DNA of 64,000 bases from Macrostomum hystrix (taxonomy: Eukaryota; Animalia; Platyhelminthes), in assembly GCA_950097015.1 (NCBI GenBank), contig CATNEN010000025.1, positions 5,828,001 through 5,892,000 of the forward strand, in the 5' to 3' direction. Every line of letters begins with the position of its first letter. Position 1 is the first letter of the stretch. Below the pieces are notes generated by a model. The model had not been told where the DNA came from. It did no database searches and saw only the letters and a list, made by a program, of their open reading frames with translations. Of this stretch, positions 48,958-59,670 are shown one piece after another. The translations under genes and the position numbers were made by a program.

Positions 48958-49283
48958 GGTTGTAGCGGCCTATAGTGGTTAGGGCGTCGGACTCACGACT
49001 TGAAGGTCTGGGGTTTGATTCCCTGAAACAATGATCTACTGAAACAATTTGTGTCCTTTAGCAAGACACTTAACTCTGTATTGCTTCATTTCACCCAGCT
49101 CTTAAATGGGTACCAGCATTAGCTGGTATATTTGAAGGTGGGTGTGGCGTCCCCCCAGTCCATGGACTGAACAGCTGTACGCAGTCTTCAGATGCGCCGC
49201 GCAATAGCTGCGGCTGTGCTGTCGGCTGCACATCTGGCCCGATTGGGACAGGTCACAGGTGTAATCAATTATTATTATTATAA
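48958..49283 (+). mobile_element. tRNA-derived SINE family B, near full length
   Basis: Head tagcggcctatagtggttagggcgtcggactc...ggtttgattcc; central ttgtgtcctttagcaagacacttaact...cacccagct..aaatgggtacc; 3' ccagtccatggactgaa...caatagctgcggctgtg; (att)n tail. Relatives at 60620, 63190, 54310, 48372 and 9455. Confidence 0.8.
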
Positions 49284-49343
49284 AATAAAGTAATCCTGTC
49301 TTAAAGAAGTTAAAATTGTCTCGGTTGATTTCAACAAAAAAAG

Positions 49344-49416
49344 TATATGTAGTAGGGCTCGTTCCCAGGACCCTGGGATTAAGAGCCCTATACTCTACCG
49401 ACTAAGCTAACCGTGC
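49344..49416 (-). pseudogene. tRNA-Lys(CTT)-derived pseudogene
   Basis: GCACGGTTAGCTTAGTCGGTAGAGTATAGGGCTCTTAATCCCAGGGTCCTGGGAACGAGCCCTAC aligns with tRNA-Lys(CUU). The T-loop is mutated (GGAACGA) and the 3' acceptor strand is missing. Confidence 0.75.
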
Positions 49417-50739
49417 CTATCAACTAAAAGGCTGCCGGAAAAAACTGACGGAACTCTTGCCGTTTACCATATGGGTTCGGTGCCGGATCTCAAGCCACTC
49501 CATCCTTTATGGCGATCCTCGTAATTGCCGGATTACTTCGTTAACCTTCGATTTATTCGTTTACCGGAGAATTTTTTTACTATACTAGTATTATGGACAA
49601 AGCTTGATTTCAATGAATATTTTGACGAAAATTGCTTAACACAGGAAATTAAACTTCATGCAGCATACTTAACTTAAATTAATGCGATGCGCATTCGTTA
49701 TTCTATTCCGACAAATTTAAATCTCGCCTTTGAATTATGTAATAAATCATTGTTAGTTCAATTGTAGATCGAAAAGATAAAGTGCCTTGCCACCGCTGAT
49801 GTACGAATTACACAAGTTGGCTATGTATGATTTGTTTAACAATATAAATGATGCATTTATCACTGCCGATTATACTCTATCATGTCTATTGTTCAGAGTA
49901 GGACAACGTGTCAATCAGTAGCTATATATTTTATGTATATATTATATATTATGTAGCTATGCTAAAATGTAACTGATGAACTGTTTGTTTAATTTGTGTA
50001 ATCTAGACGGTCCCAGGTCGGTGACAGTCATTTCGGTGACAACTCAAGTCGTTTCGGTGACAACTCAAGTCGTTTCGGTGACAACTCAAGTCGTTTCGGT
50101 GACAAAATGGGTCAGTTCGGTGACAACTATTCTTGCACCTGAATATGCTTAGAAAACAGCCTTCCATGTGAACTACGCACACCTATTAAGTATTATTAAA
50201 TAATGATGCACGAATTTGTTTTAATCAATGTTTGGTGCCGATGGCAGGTCTTCGTTTTTTTACTTTCCAAACTACTTTCGAGTAGTTTGGATACTTTCTA
50301 CTTGAACGAATAGCAAATTAGCTCGAGAATATTCAAACAGTTGTTCTGTCTTTTCTCTGAATTAATTGTTGATTATCCTGATTTTAAGTCACACGTAGAA
50401 TGACTGCAGCAGTCAATATGATTAACTCTGAAAAGGACAAGCAATCAGTATGCCAATTTTCAAGTTTGCTACTTGCTAAGTCTCCTTCCTTAAAGTTAAG
50501 CTTGCATTAGTTCTGCCAGAATTCTGGCACATATGAGCTAATTCCGGCCACATTTGAGCAGTATACAGACTGGATGAATCCGTCCCTGTGGGAAGAAAAT
50601 TCACTAAGCTCTCTATAGAGTGTTGCGCAACATATGCATGGCAGCATGGTTGCTGTGGTTTTAGCTGGTTGAATAATGACAGTGAAATTAAATGTGAATA
50701 AGTAGCTTAACGCCAGTATCCAGTTATGTTGGAGCGGAG

Positions 50740-51051
50740 GTGCAAATCCTAGCTGAACAGGGGTTTGAACCCCAGGTGATTCACTCCAACAGTACCATTG
50801 CAGCAGTAAACGAAAGTATAAGCTCGAAAGGCTTAGGTGATAACAGTGACACCAGGCCTGGGGCGTCATTGAATGAAGACGCCGTGGAAAGTTCCGGCGC
50901 AGGTCAACAAGCTGAGGACTTGGTGGCACCAAGTGAACCGGCAAGTGCTGGTTCGACACTTTCTCCGGTCATGACGACCCGTTCCGGTCGTCAGGTGCGC
51001 AAGCCTCAACGTTTTCTAAGCAGAGTGGTGCGATTTTGTACTAGACGTTAG
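50740..51051 (+). other. Possible Ty3/Gypsy pol C-terminal remnant inside the TIR element
   Basis: A low-complexity acidic stretch ending TTRSGRQVRKPQRF, a motif typical of the post-integrase tail of Gypsy elements. Pattern recall only. Confidence 0.3.
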
Positions 51052-51572
51052 ATAACCGTGCCTACGTGCACCTAGGAAGTTAGCTCGTACATGTAGCAAA
51101 GATTTCGCCGCCTACGTCCCAAGTTCATACTGTATAAAACTAGGGAATAAGTTCTCTTTTTAAATTAAAAATATGAAAAAAAACGTCAAAAAAAGGAAAA
51201 AAGTTTTCCTGAAAATTAAATAAAAAATAAAAAAGCAAGTTAAAGAAACTAAAATTTGACATTATATTTATTTCTTGGTATCGGATACCAGGTTGCTGTT
51301 AGTCCGTCCGCTTTCCGCACTTACTGTTCAGTGGATGCCTGCGCTTCGGGCTGTAGGGTTGACGGTGCAGCGAGCACTCTCCGTTCATTTCTCTGCATGG
51401 TTCCTGGCATCATTTTCGCGGTCTCGTGAGTTTAGGTCGCCGGTTTTTCTTCTCTCTCCTTTCCTTCTCTTCTCGGGCGGGTGGCTCAGTTAGTTAGTAA
51501 AGGGGCGGGCAGGCCAGTCGCCGCCAGCTGCCAAGACGTCGGTGGCTGCTGCACAACAGGCGTTCCACGGCC

Positions 51573-51895
51573 GCCACAGGCGATCAAGGCCACAACAGGC
51601 GTTCCAGAGCCACCACAGGCGATCAAGGCCACAACAGGCGTTTCAGGGCCAGCACATGCGATCAAGGCCACAACAGGCGTTCCAGAGCCACCACAGGCGA
51701 TCAAGGCCACAACAGGCGTTCCAAGGCCACCACAGGCGATCAAGGTCACAACAGGCGTTCCAGGGCCACCACAGGCGATCAAGGCCACAACAGGCGTTCC
51801 AGGGCCAGCACAGGCGATCAAGGCCACAACAGGCGTTCCAGGGCCAGCACAGGCGATCAAGGTCACAACAGGCGTTCCAGGGCCACCACAGGCGC
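51573..51895. repeat. GC-rich minisatellite, 39-bp unit (acaacaggcgttccagggccaccacaggcgatcaaggcc), about 8 copies
   Basis: Direct tandem repetition inside the TIR element. Confidence 0.93.
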
Positions 51896-54309
51896 GACCG
51901 TGACGTTGCCTCGAACTCCGTAAATGACTTGTAGAGCACCACACCGTACAGCGATCTAGTCAGGAATTTTTTATATGATAACTTGGACTATAATCAATAC
52001 TATAACAGTTCTTCTAACGAATATCTCCAATACAATATTTTTCTCATATCGTGTTTCCGCCAGTGCATTTTAATTTCCTAAATCAGTCAAATATTTTTTC
52101 GTGCCAATTTTGTGACCAAGAATATTCGTATTTCGATTGTCATTTCCAGCATTATTACTCGTAGTAGGTTGCTTGCGAAGAAAAATTTAGTTTGCTTCGG
52201 TTTTTAAACACCCTTTCACGTTGTTCGACTCTAAGAGACATTTATACTAGCTATTTATCGTAATTTAATGTTTTCAATCTTTTTGCGCTCACCTACCGCC
52301 TTTTGGGGAGAGAGGCGGGTGTGACGGTATAACCTTTAATTGTAGTTTAATTGGTAGTTTAATTGCTTATTTTTTTTATAGTAATTCGCTACATTACAAG
52401 TTGCTGACAAGATTATTATTTATATGCTAAGCATGTTTACTAATTATTGTTATATTGTATCATTCTAAAAATTAGCTGTTCTTTTTAAAAAGCAACGTAT
52501 GTATATTTTTCTGCTCTACCGTGCCTTGTGTCGAGCGTGTGAGCATCGAGATTACTTTGGAAATATATATACACACTTATTTATATCAAATATAATTCGA
52601 CGATATTACCGCTACACTAACCTTTATTCGTCACAATGTGCTATATAAAGAATATAAAAAATGTAAAAATTACTTTCGCAATTAAAAAAATGAAACGGCA
52701 TACCGACGCCACACGTATATAAAAAAAATTCGTGTATCATTATTTAATAATATTTAATAGGTGTGCGTAGTTCACATGGAAGGCTGTTTTCTAAGCATAT
52801 TCAGGTGCAGGAATAGTTGTCACCGAACTGACCCATTTTGTCACCGAAACGACTTGAGTTGTCACCGAAATGACTGTCACCGAAATGTCTTGTCACCGAA
52901 ATGACCTGGGACCGAGATGACCATCTAGACCATATAAAAATGTTTTATGTATTAGCTAGAATGTACTGTGCGATAATAGGTGGAGAATTTTTTTTCTTGT
53001 TTGTTGGCAACTGATGTCATCTAAAATGTCTAAATTCATCACACCAGTTTACTTTACCTAGACTATTTTTATGCAAGATGAAATCAAGCTGTGTAAACAA
53101 AAAGTTCAGCCAGATATTTCGATAAAACTTGAAAATTTGCTACTTCTAAAGGCTTCGACCCAGTCAATAGTCAGGAAGATATGCTTTGCTTAGTAAATTC
53201 TGGTACTGAAAGGGTTTGAATAAATGCCATGATTAGTCTATGCACTCAGTATTAAAGAATAAATATTTCAAATTAGGATTTCTGAATTGAAAAACTTATG
53301 CACAGAGGACATGGTTCTGACTATACTATAGGGCCCAGTATTTTACTGTCCTGAGAAATTTTGCATTTTTTGTGTTATAATTATTTGTATATTTGTATTT
53401 AAAATCTAAAATCATTTTGACACACTGAAATTTAAAGTTTTGATTTTTTGTCCATTAGGCCTATCAAGTATTGCCACAGAGTGAAGCTAAATGCTCGATT
53501 TTAAGACAGGCAAACCTTAGTACTGACCATGGCATTCAATATTCAAATATTGGTATATTCCAACAAAGAAATTAGATTATTATTACTAATAAGAAAATTT
53601 AAATCAAATCTGTGCTTATATTTTGTCATTTGGTTACTGTTATACTGTTAGTCTATCAACTATTGAGACTATGTGAGTATAGAAGCCTAATGTCATAAGT
53701 GGATCTACCTAGTACAAGCCAGCCATCATTGTGTTAGTTAGATATTTCAGTCATTTATAAATTGTATTTTATCCTCAGTGGAGTGGACTAGGGCAACCCA
53801 ACCCATCAGTATAAATATTTCCTAACCTTCTTTCTAAAGTGCATCTAACACTATGCACATATAGAGGTATAGACAATGTTGCTTAGTCATTGTCCTTTAT
53901 CATTAATTCCCTTAAGTATGCAATTTAGCATTCCCCTATCCTTGGCCTCTTGTGTTTGGCATAGATTGTAGTATTGTTCTTTTTTTGCTACTAGTTTCTA
54001 TACCTAAATGTTTAAATAGTTTTTTTAGTATATAGTTCTACTGTAACTATAGCTACCTATTCTAAACTATAAATGTCTCAAGTTCTTTAAATTGTATTTG
54101 TTTTTAAAATTATTAAATAGGCACATTACACCTATCATTAATACTTCTCTTTTAGTTAATCAACAAAATGTAGCTATGTTTTTTAGTAAGTACAAATAGA
54201 CTTTGATATTTATCATAAAAATAGATGAAATAATAAAGGATATATTAGAAGTAGAAATTTCACTTGATTTTTTATGATTATTTAAATATATAGTTATAAT
54301 TGATTACAT

Positions 54310-54375
54310 ATTAAGTGTCTTGCTTAAGGACACAAATTGTCCCAGTGAGTCTGGAATCGAACCCCTGGCCTTCAA
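54310..54375 (-). mobile_element. Partial SINE family B copy
   Basis: Minus-strand ggggttcgattcc...atttgtgtccttaagcaagacacttaa. Confidence 0.6.
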
Positions 54376-54511
54376 ATTGACAACTCTATTATTATTATTT
54401 TCTAATTACAATACATACTCCTGCTTATAAGCATGTTAGTTCTTTAAAGAATATAAAAAACAAGCTTACCTAACCATTCTAGTGGGTTTTTTGAATCAAG
54501 CTGATGCTATA

Positions 54512-54829
54512 ATGGAGAAGCAGCTTAAATCGCAACTAGAAACTGTCATGAACACAGAGGGTGTTGTTGCTGTATTGGCAGTAGATTCGCGTGGCTTACC
54601 ATTGGCTAGCAAGGGTGCCGTCTCTGGTGACATCTCTGGTGCTGTCAAAAGCTTAGCAGACCACGCCGCTGCTCTCGCTAGAGAAGCCTCCAGTGGTGGA
54701 GGCAATGGAGCTGGTCCCCGAGTGACGGCTGTGTCAGTGAACACTGACAGTCTAAGTTTGCTGGTGTCGCAAGCCTCGGCTGATGCCGGCAACGGTGTCA
54801 CAACGGCAGTGTTCAAGTTGAACTCGTGA
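54512..54829 (+). CDS. LAMTOR5: Ragulator complex protein LAMTOR5 (HBXIP), 105 aa, intronless CDS
   Basis: MEKQLKSQLETVMNTEGVVAVLAVDSRGLPLASKG...SGAVKSLADHAAAL...TTAVFKLNS matches the LAMTOR5 pattern ([29 protein letters not shown]...TVAVHKMAS). Confidence 0.85.
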   Translation: MEKQLKSQLETVMNTEGVVAVLAVDSRGLPLASKGAVSGDISGAVKSLADHAAALAREASSGGGNGAGPRVTAVSVNTDSLSLLVSQASADAGNGVTTAVFKLNS

Positions 54830-55002
54830 GATTCAAAGGAATCAACTAATTTATGTAGTGTCATTTATTCTCTTTCAATAGGAATCCAATGAACAGGCTA
54901 CGTTTAGAATCCCATTTGCAAGTGGAGTCTAGTAACCCGAGAACCAATTCAGTTTAGAGTCCCGTCAACAGTTTTATATTTGATCCCGTGAACAATGTCA
55001 AT

Positions 55003-55270
55003 AGTAATAATAATTGCAGGAGGGCTGCGGGAAATGGCACATCATTTGGTGACACTAGACCCGCAGCCAGCGAGAAGCTAATTCTGTCCAATTCCCTGAC
55101 TCCTGAGCACACGAACACAGATACCATATGCAGGCACACGCTCACACAGGTGTGTACATCTGCCCTGACTTTCTCGTCATTGTCTGGCAGTGTACACTTT
55201 CACTGCGCCTTGGAGGTTGGCCATCAAGTGCGTAAATTGCACGACAAGCCCCCAAGCCTTCTCTCCGCGG
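55003..55270 (-). mobile_element. SINE family A, 5'-truncated copy (no tRNA head)
   Basis: High similarity to 9600-9860 (atggcacatcatttggtgacactagac...ctgactcctgagcacac...aattgcacgacaagcccccaagccttctctccgcggc). Confidence 0.85.
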
Positions 55271-56029
55271 CAAGTGCGTTAATTGCTCTGCCAGCGACCC
55301 AATGTGAAAAGTACATTTGGAGTCCCGTGAACAGTTTCAGTTGAGAATCCCGTGAAATTAGTTTTTCTATTTTTTGTAAAAGGAAGTTTTTTGAGTACCT
55401 GGTTATTTTTTCGGTCAACTTACTTATGATACTACTGACAAATAGTGAATGATGATCCTTTGTTGCGCAATTCTTATAGGGAATTCATTTTTGATTACTG
55501 ATTTGATTTAATATGAAGACATTAGACTTGTAAATACATATGATTTCACTATATAGCATATGGACACGAGACTCAAACATGTCGCTTTTATTTTATAACT
55601 GTTTAATAACGATTATTCAGGGCAGAGTAATATGTTATCAAATTTAAACTGCATTGCTAAAGTTGAGTTATGAAAGCCATGCTTACTCTGATGTGCGCTG
55701 ATTTTTTTTGATTCAGTTTTTTATTCGGTCTAACAGTAACTTCAGTCTAAACAATGTAACCAATTGTCTCCGAATTGTGCTAGGTTGCTTTCATGTTTCC
55801 AGCCATTTTGTGAATTTCTTTCCTCACAATTCTTCTTAAGCCTATTTGCATGCCTATAAATAAACATAAATGCACTATATGAAGTCAGTTTTGTTGGTTT
55901 ATTACTTTTAATCCTTGAAACCCAACGGGAAGTTTCCATTTGCAATGTGAAGATCTTTCCTAGCAATATTTATATAGCCTTAGCCAATCAAAATCAGTTA
56001 CATGCTCCAAGCTAATTATTTATTTTCCA

Positions 56030-56880
56030 ACTTCAAGCCAATCAGAATCTGTTTCTTACTTCCATCCAATTAGAATCTTTTTCATGCTTCCAGCCAATTA
56101 GAATCAGTTTCATGCTTCCATCCAATTAGAATCTGTTTCATGCTTCCATCCAATTAGAATCTGTTTCATGCTTCCAGCCAATTAGAATCTGTTTCATGCT
56201 TCCAGCCAATTAGAATCAGTTTCATGCTTCCATCCAATTAAAATCTGTTTTATTCTTCCAGCCAATTAGAATCTGTTTCATGCTTCCAGCCAATTAGAAT
56301 CTGTTTCATGCTTCCATCCAATTAGAATCTGTTTCATACTTCCAGCCAATTAGAATCTGTTTCATACTTCTAGCCAATTAGAATCTGTTTCATACTTCTA
56401 GCCAATTAAAATCAGTTTCCTACCTCCAGCCAATTAGAATCTGTTTCATTCTTCCAGCCAGTTAGAATCTGTTTCATGCTTCCAGCCAATTAGAATCTGT
56501 TTATGCTTCCAGCCAATTAGAATCTATTTCATGCTTCCAGCCAATTAAAATCTGTTTCATGCATCCATCCAATTAGAATCTGTTTCATGCTTCCAGCCAA
56601 TTAGAATCTGTTTCATACTTCCAGCCAATTAGAATCTGTTTCATACTTCTAGCCAATTAAAATCAGTTTCATACCTCCAGCCAATTAGAATCTGTTTTAT
56701 TCTTCCAGCCAATTAGAATCTGTTTCATGCTTCCAGCCAATTAGAATCTATTTCATGCTTCCAGCCAATTAGAATCTATTTCATGCTTCCAGCCATTTAC
56801 AATCAGTTTCGTACCCTCTTATGCTTCCAGCCAATTATAATCTGCTTCATGCTTTTAGCCATTTACAATCAGTTTCATAC
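56030..56880. repeat. Minisatellite, 28-bp unit (ttccagccaattagaatctgtttcatgc), about 30 copies
   Basis: Direct tandem repetition ending about 130 bp before the RBM8A ATG. Confidence 0.95.
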
Positions 56881-57006
56881 CCCAATTCAGAATCTGATTT
56901 CAGCCAATCATAGTCAGTTTGATGCTCGGATTCATAAAAAATTAGTTTCACAACCCGCATCCGTAATTCTTCAGTTTTAAGTGCGCCTGATTCGCGGATC
57001 ACAATC

Positions 57007-57570
57007 ATGACCGACACCAGAGACGTTATTCGCATCACGGACGACACCGACGACGACTTCGATCAGGCCGTTGGAGGCGCCGGCGATGAAAGCATTCGCC
57101 TAGCCAAAGAGGGCGCTAAGCGGCGCAAAGGTCGCGGCTTCGAATCCGAGCAGGACAGAGACGACACAATGGAATTCGACGCTGTCGGCGTCGACGACGG
57201 CGATCTAGCCGGTCCGCAGCGCTCAGTTGAAGGCTGGATTCTGTTTGTGCGCAATCTGCACGAGGAGACCACTGAGGACGACCTTACTGACAAGTTCAGC
57301 GAGCACGGTGAAGTCAAGAGCTTGCACCTGAACCTAAATAGGCGCACAGGCTACATCAAAGGCTATGCTCTGGTTGAGTTTCAGCATTTTAAAGAGGCCT
57401 CAGCTGCCCAGGCCGCCCTTAATGGCTCCGATTTGAATGGCCAACGGATGCACGTCGACTGGGCCTTTACCCGCGGTCCCTCTGTTGCCGGCGGCGCATC
57501 CGGGCGCAAGTCACGGCGTCAGCGAGACGGCGGCAAGCAGCAGCGAGCTGAGCGCAGTCGCAGTCGATAA
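57007..57570 (+). CDS. RBM8A: RNA-binding protein 8A (Y14/Tsunagi), exon-junction-complex core, 187 aa, intronless CDS
   Basis: KRRKGRGF; [57 protein letters not shown]; VDWAF; RS-rich tail. Confidence 0.95.
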   Translation: MTDTRDVIRITDDTDDDFDQAVGGAGDESIRLAKEGAKRRKGRGFESEQDRDDTMEFDAVGVDDGDLAGPQRSVEGWILFVRNLHEETTEDDLTDKFSEHGEVKSLHLNLNRRTGYIKGYALVEFQHFKEASAAQAALNGSDLNGQRMHVDWAFTRGPSVAGGASGRKSRRQRDGGKQQRAERSRSR

Positions 57571-57745
57571 AGAACTTCTACTCAAGCCTTCTCAAGTTTA
57601 ATCTGTGCTTAATTAACTGACTCCATTAGGTTCTTGTGTTTTGCAGCTATCAATAATTTTGAACTTTGTCATAGCTTAATGTCTGTTGTAATGTTTGCTA
57701 GAGTATGCCCTGTTGGCTCAAATACAAAAACTAGCTGTTTCATGG

Positions 57746-58575
57746 CTGGTATAGTGACTGCAATTCCATGGTATCTGACACCTGGTATAGTGACTGCAAT
57801 TCCATGGTATCTGACACCTGGTATAGTGACTGCAATTCCATGGTATCTGACACCTAGCATAGTGACTGCAACTCCATGGTATCTGACACCTGGTATAGTG
57901 ACTGCAATTCCATGGTGTCTGACACCTGGTATAGTGACTGCAACTCCATGGTATCTGACACCTAGCATAGTGACTGCAACTCCATGGTATCTGACACCTG
58001 GTATAGTGACTGCAATTCCATGGTATCTGACACCTGGTATAGTGACTGCAATTCCATGGTATCTGACACCTGGTATAGTGACTGCAACTCCATGGTGTCT
58101 GACACCTGGTATAGTGACTGCAACTCCATGGTATCTGACACCTGGTATAGTGACTGCAATTCCATGGTATCTGACACCTGGTATAGTGACTGCAACTCCA
58201 TGGTATCTGACACCTGGTATAGTGACTGCAATTCCATGGTGTCTGACACCTGGTATAGTGACTGCAACTCCATGGTATCTGACACCTGGTATAGTGACTG
58301 CAATTCCATGGTGTCTGACACCTGGTATAGTGACTGCAATTCCATGGTGTCTGACACCTGGTATAGTGACTGCAACTCCATGGTATCTGACACCTGGTAT
58401 AGTGACTGCAATTCCATGGTATCTGACACCTGGTATAGTGACTGCAACTCCATGGTATCTGACACCTGGTATTGTGACTGCAATTCCATGGTATCTGACA
58501 CCTAGCATAGTGACTGCAACTCCATGGTGTCTGACACCTGGTATAGTGACTGCAATTCCATGGTGTCTGACACCT
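57746..58575. repeat. Minisatellite, 36-bp unit (cctggtatagtgactgcaattccatggtatctgaca), about 23 copies
   Basis: Direct tandem repetition. The unit length is a multiple of 3, which explains the 314- and 279-aa repeat ORFs. Confidence 0.96.
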
Positions 58576-59084
58576 TGAATAGTGCCTCCGATTCCTAGGG
58601 ATTATGTTAGATACAGAAGCACCGTCAATGCTACTACATGCGTTTAAATGTGCATTTTTACCATCTGTCCCTTTGAATCTAGTGTATGTGCCGTGTTGTT
58701 GACGTACGAGCGTAGTTAATTTCTCCCGGTCTTGTCACCTACCGTTTCTCTACCCCTTTTGTTTGTTATGTCACGCTAACTAGCTTGTGTATGATCAGCG
58801 TTTCTCACTCGTATTTTTTATCGTTCAAAGCCGTTTAAATACTAATAATTCTCTATTTCCCAGTAACATATGTGCTGAGTCACTAAATATAATTGAAATC
58901 GGCATTTTTTCAATTATAACTTTATAAGTCTGCTTGAAATGGTCCGTTCATTATGTTTTATCTTTTACTCATTAGTTGGTTTTCTTTTTTTGGTTTTGGC
59001 GGGTACAAATCCGTTTATTAAAACGGATTTGTCCTTGAAATGATAGTAAAAATCGGTGTTCTGACTGGAGGGTATGTCTGCTGA

Positions 59085-59550
59085 CACCTAGCTGTTATGA
59101 CTGCTGACACTAGGCTGTTAAGACTGCGGACTCAGTGGTAATATGACTGTAGACACTAGGCTGTTATGACTGCGGACTCAGTGGTAATATGACTGCAGAC
59201 ACTAGGCTGTTATGACTGCGGACACTAGGCTGTTATGACACTAGGCTGTTAAGACTGCGGACTCAGTGGTAATATGACTGTAGACACTAGGCTGTTATGA
59301 CTGCGGACTCAGTGGTAATATGACTGCAGACACTAGGCTGTTATGACTGCGGACACTAGGCTGTTATGACACTAGGCTGTTAAGACTGCGGACTCAGTGG
59401 TAATATGACTGTAGACACTAGGCTGTTATAACTGCGGACTCAGTGGTAATATGACTGCAGACACTAGGCTGTTATGACTGCAGACACTAGGCTGTTAGGA
59501 CTGCAGACACTAGGCTGTTATGACTGCGGACTCAGTGGTAATATGACTGC
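59085..59550. repeat. 23-bp two-variant minisatellite with a 131-bp higher-order period
   Basis: Units gactgcggacactaggctgttat and gactgcggactcagtggtaatat. The higher-order repeat starts at 59121, 59252 and 59383. Confidence 0.93.
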
Positions 59551-59670
59551 TGAATATATTGTATTATAACTGCTTACGCCAACCGAGGTGTATGCCACAG
59601 GCACATTTTAATGATGTGACATTGCTTGACCAGTGCACATCCTGATAATCGACATCTCCGTACCTTTCAG

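Larger units (their letters stand above)
50009..52922. mobile_element. 2.9-kb non-autonomous TIR transposon (about 210-bp TIRs, GG..CC termini, 8-bp TSD; Merlin/MULE-like) carrying cargo
   Basis: TSD ATCTAGAC at 50001-50008 and 52923-52930. 50009-50220 is the reverse complement of ~52705-52922, including subterminal ttcggtgac repeats. No transposase ORF seen. Confidence 0.9.

Noticed and set aside
51275-52330. TGGTATCGGA (PBS-like) and ggggagagaggcgggTG (PPT-like) as an LTR retrotransposon
   Set aside because: No pair of LTRs and no gag or RT ORF were found. The PBS-like string is part of a short palindrome.
54482-54511. GTG start proposed by the ORF track for LAMTOR5
   Set aside because: Homology begins at ATG 54512 (MEKQL), and the extension is unsupported.
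10938-58578. Long repetitive ORFs (263, 245, 455, 375, 267, 314, 279 aa and others) as repeat proteins
   Set aside because: They are read-throughs of stop-free satellite units, open in several frames and on both strands, with no unique domains. Most lie inside syntaxin introns.
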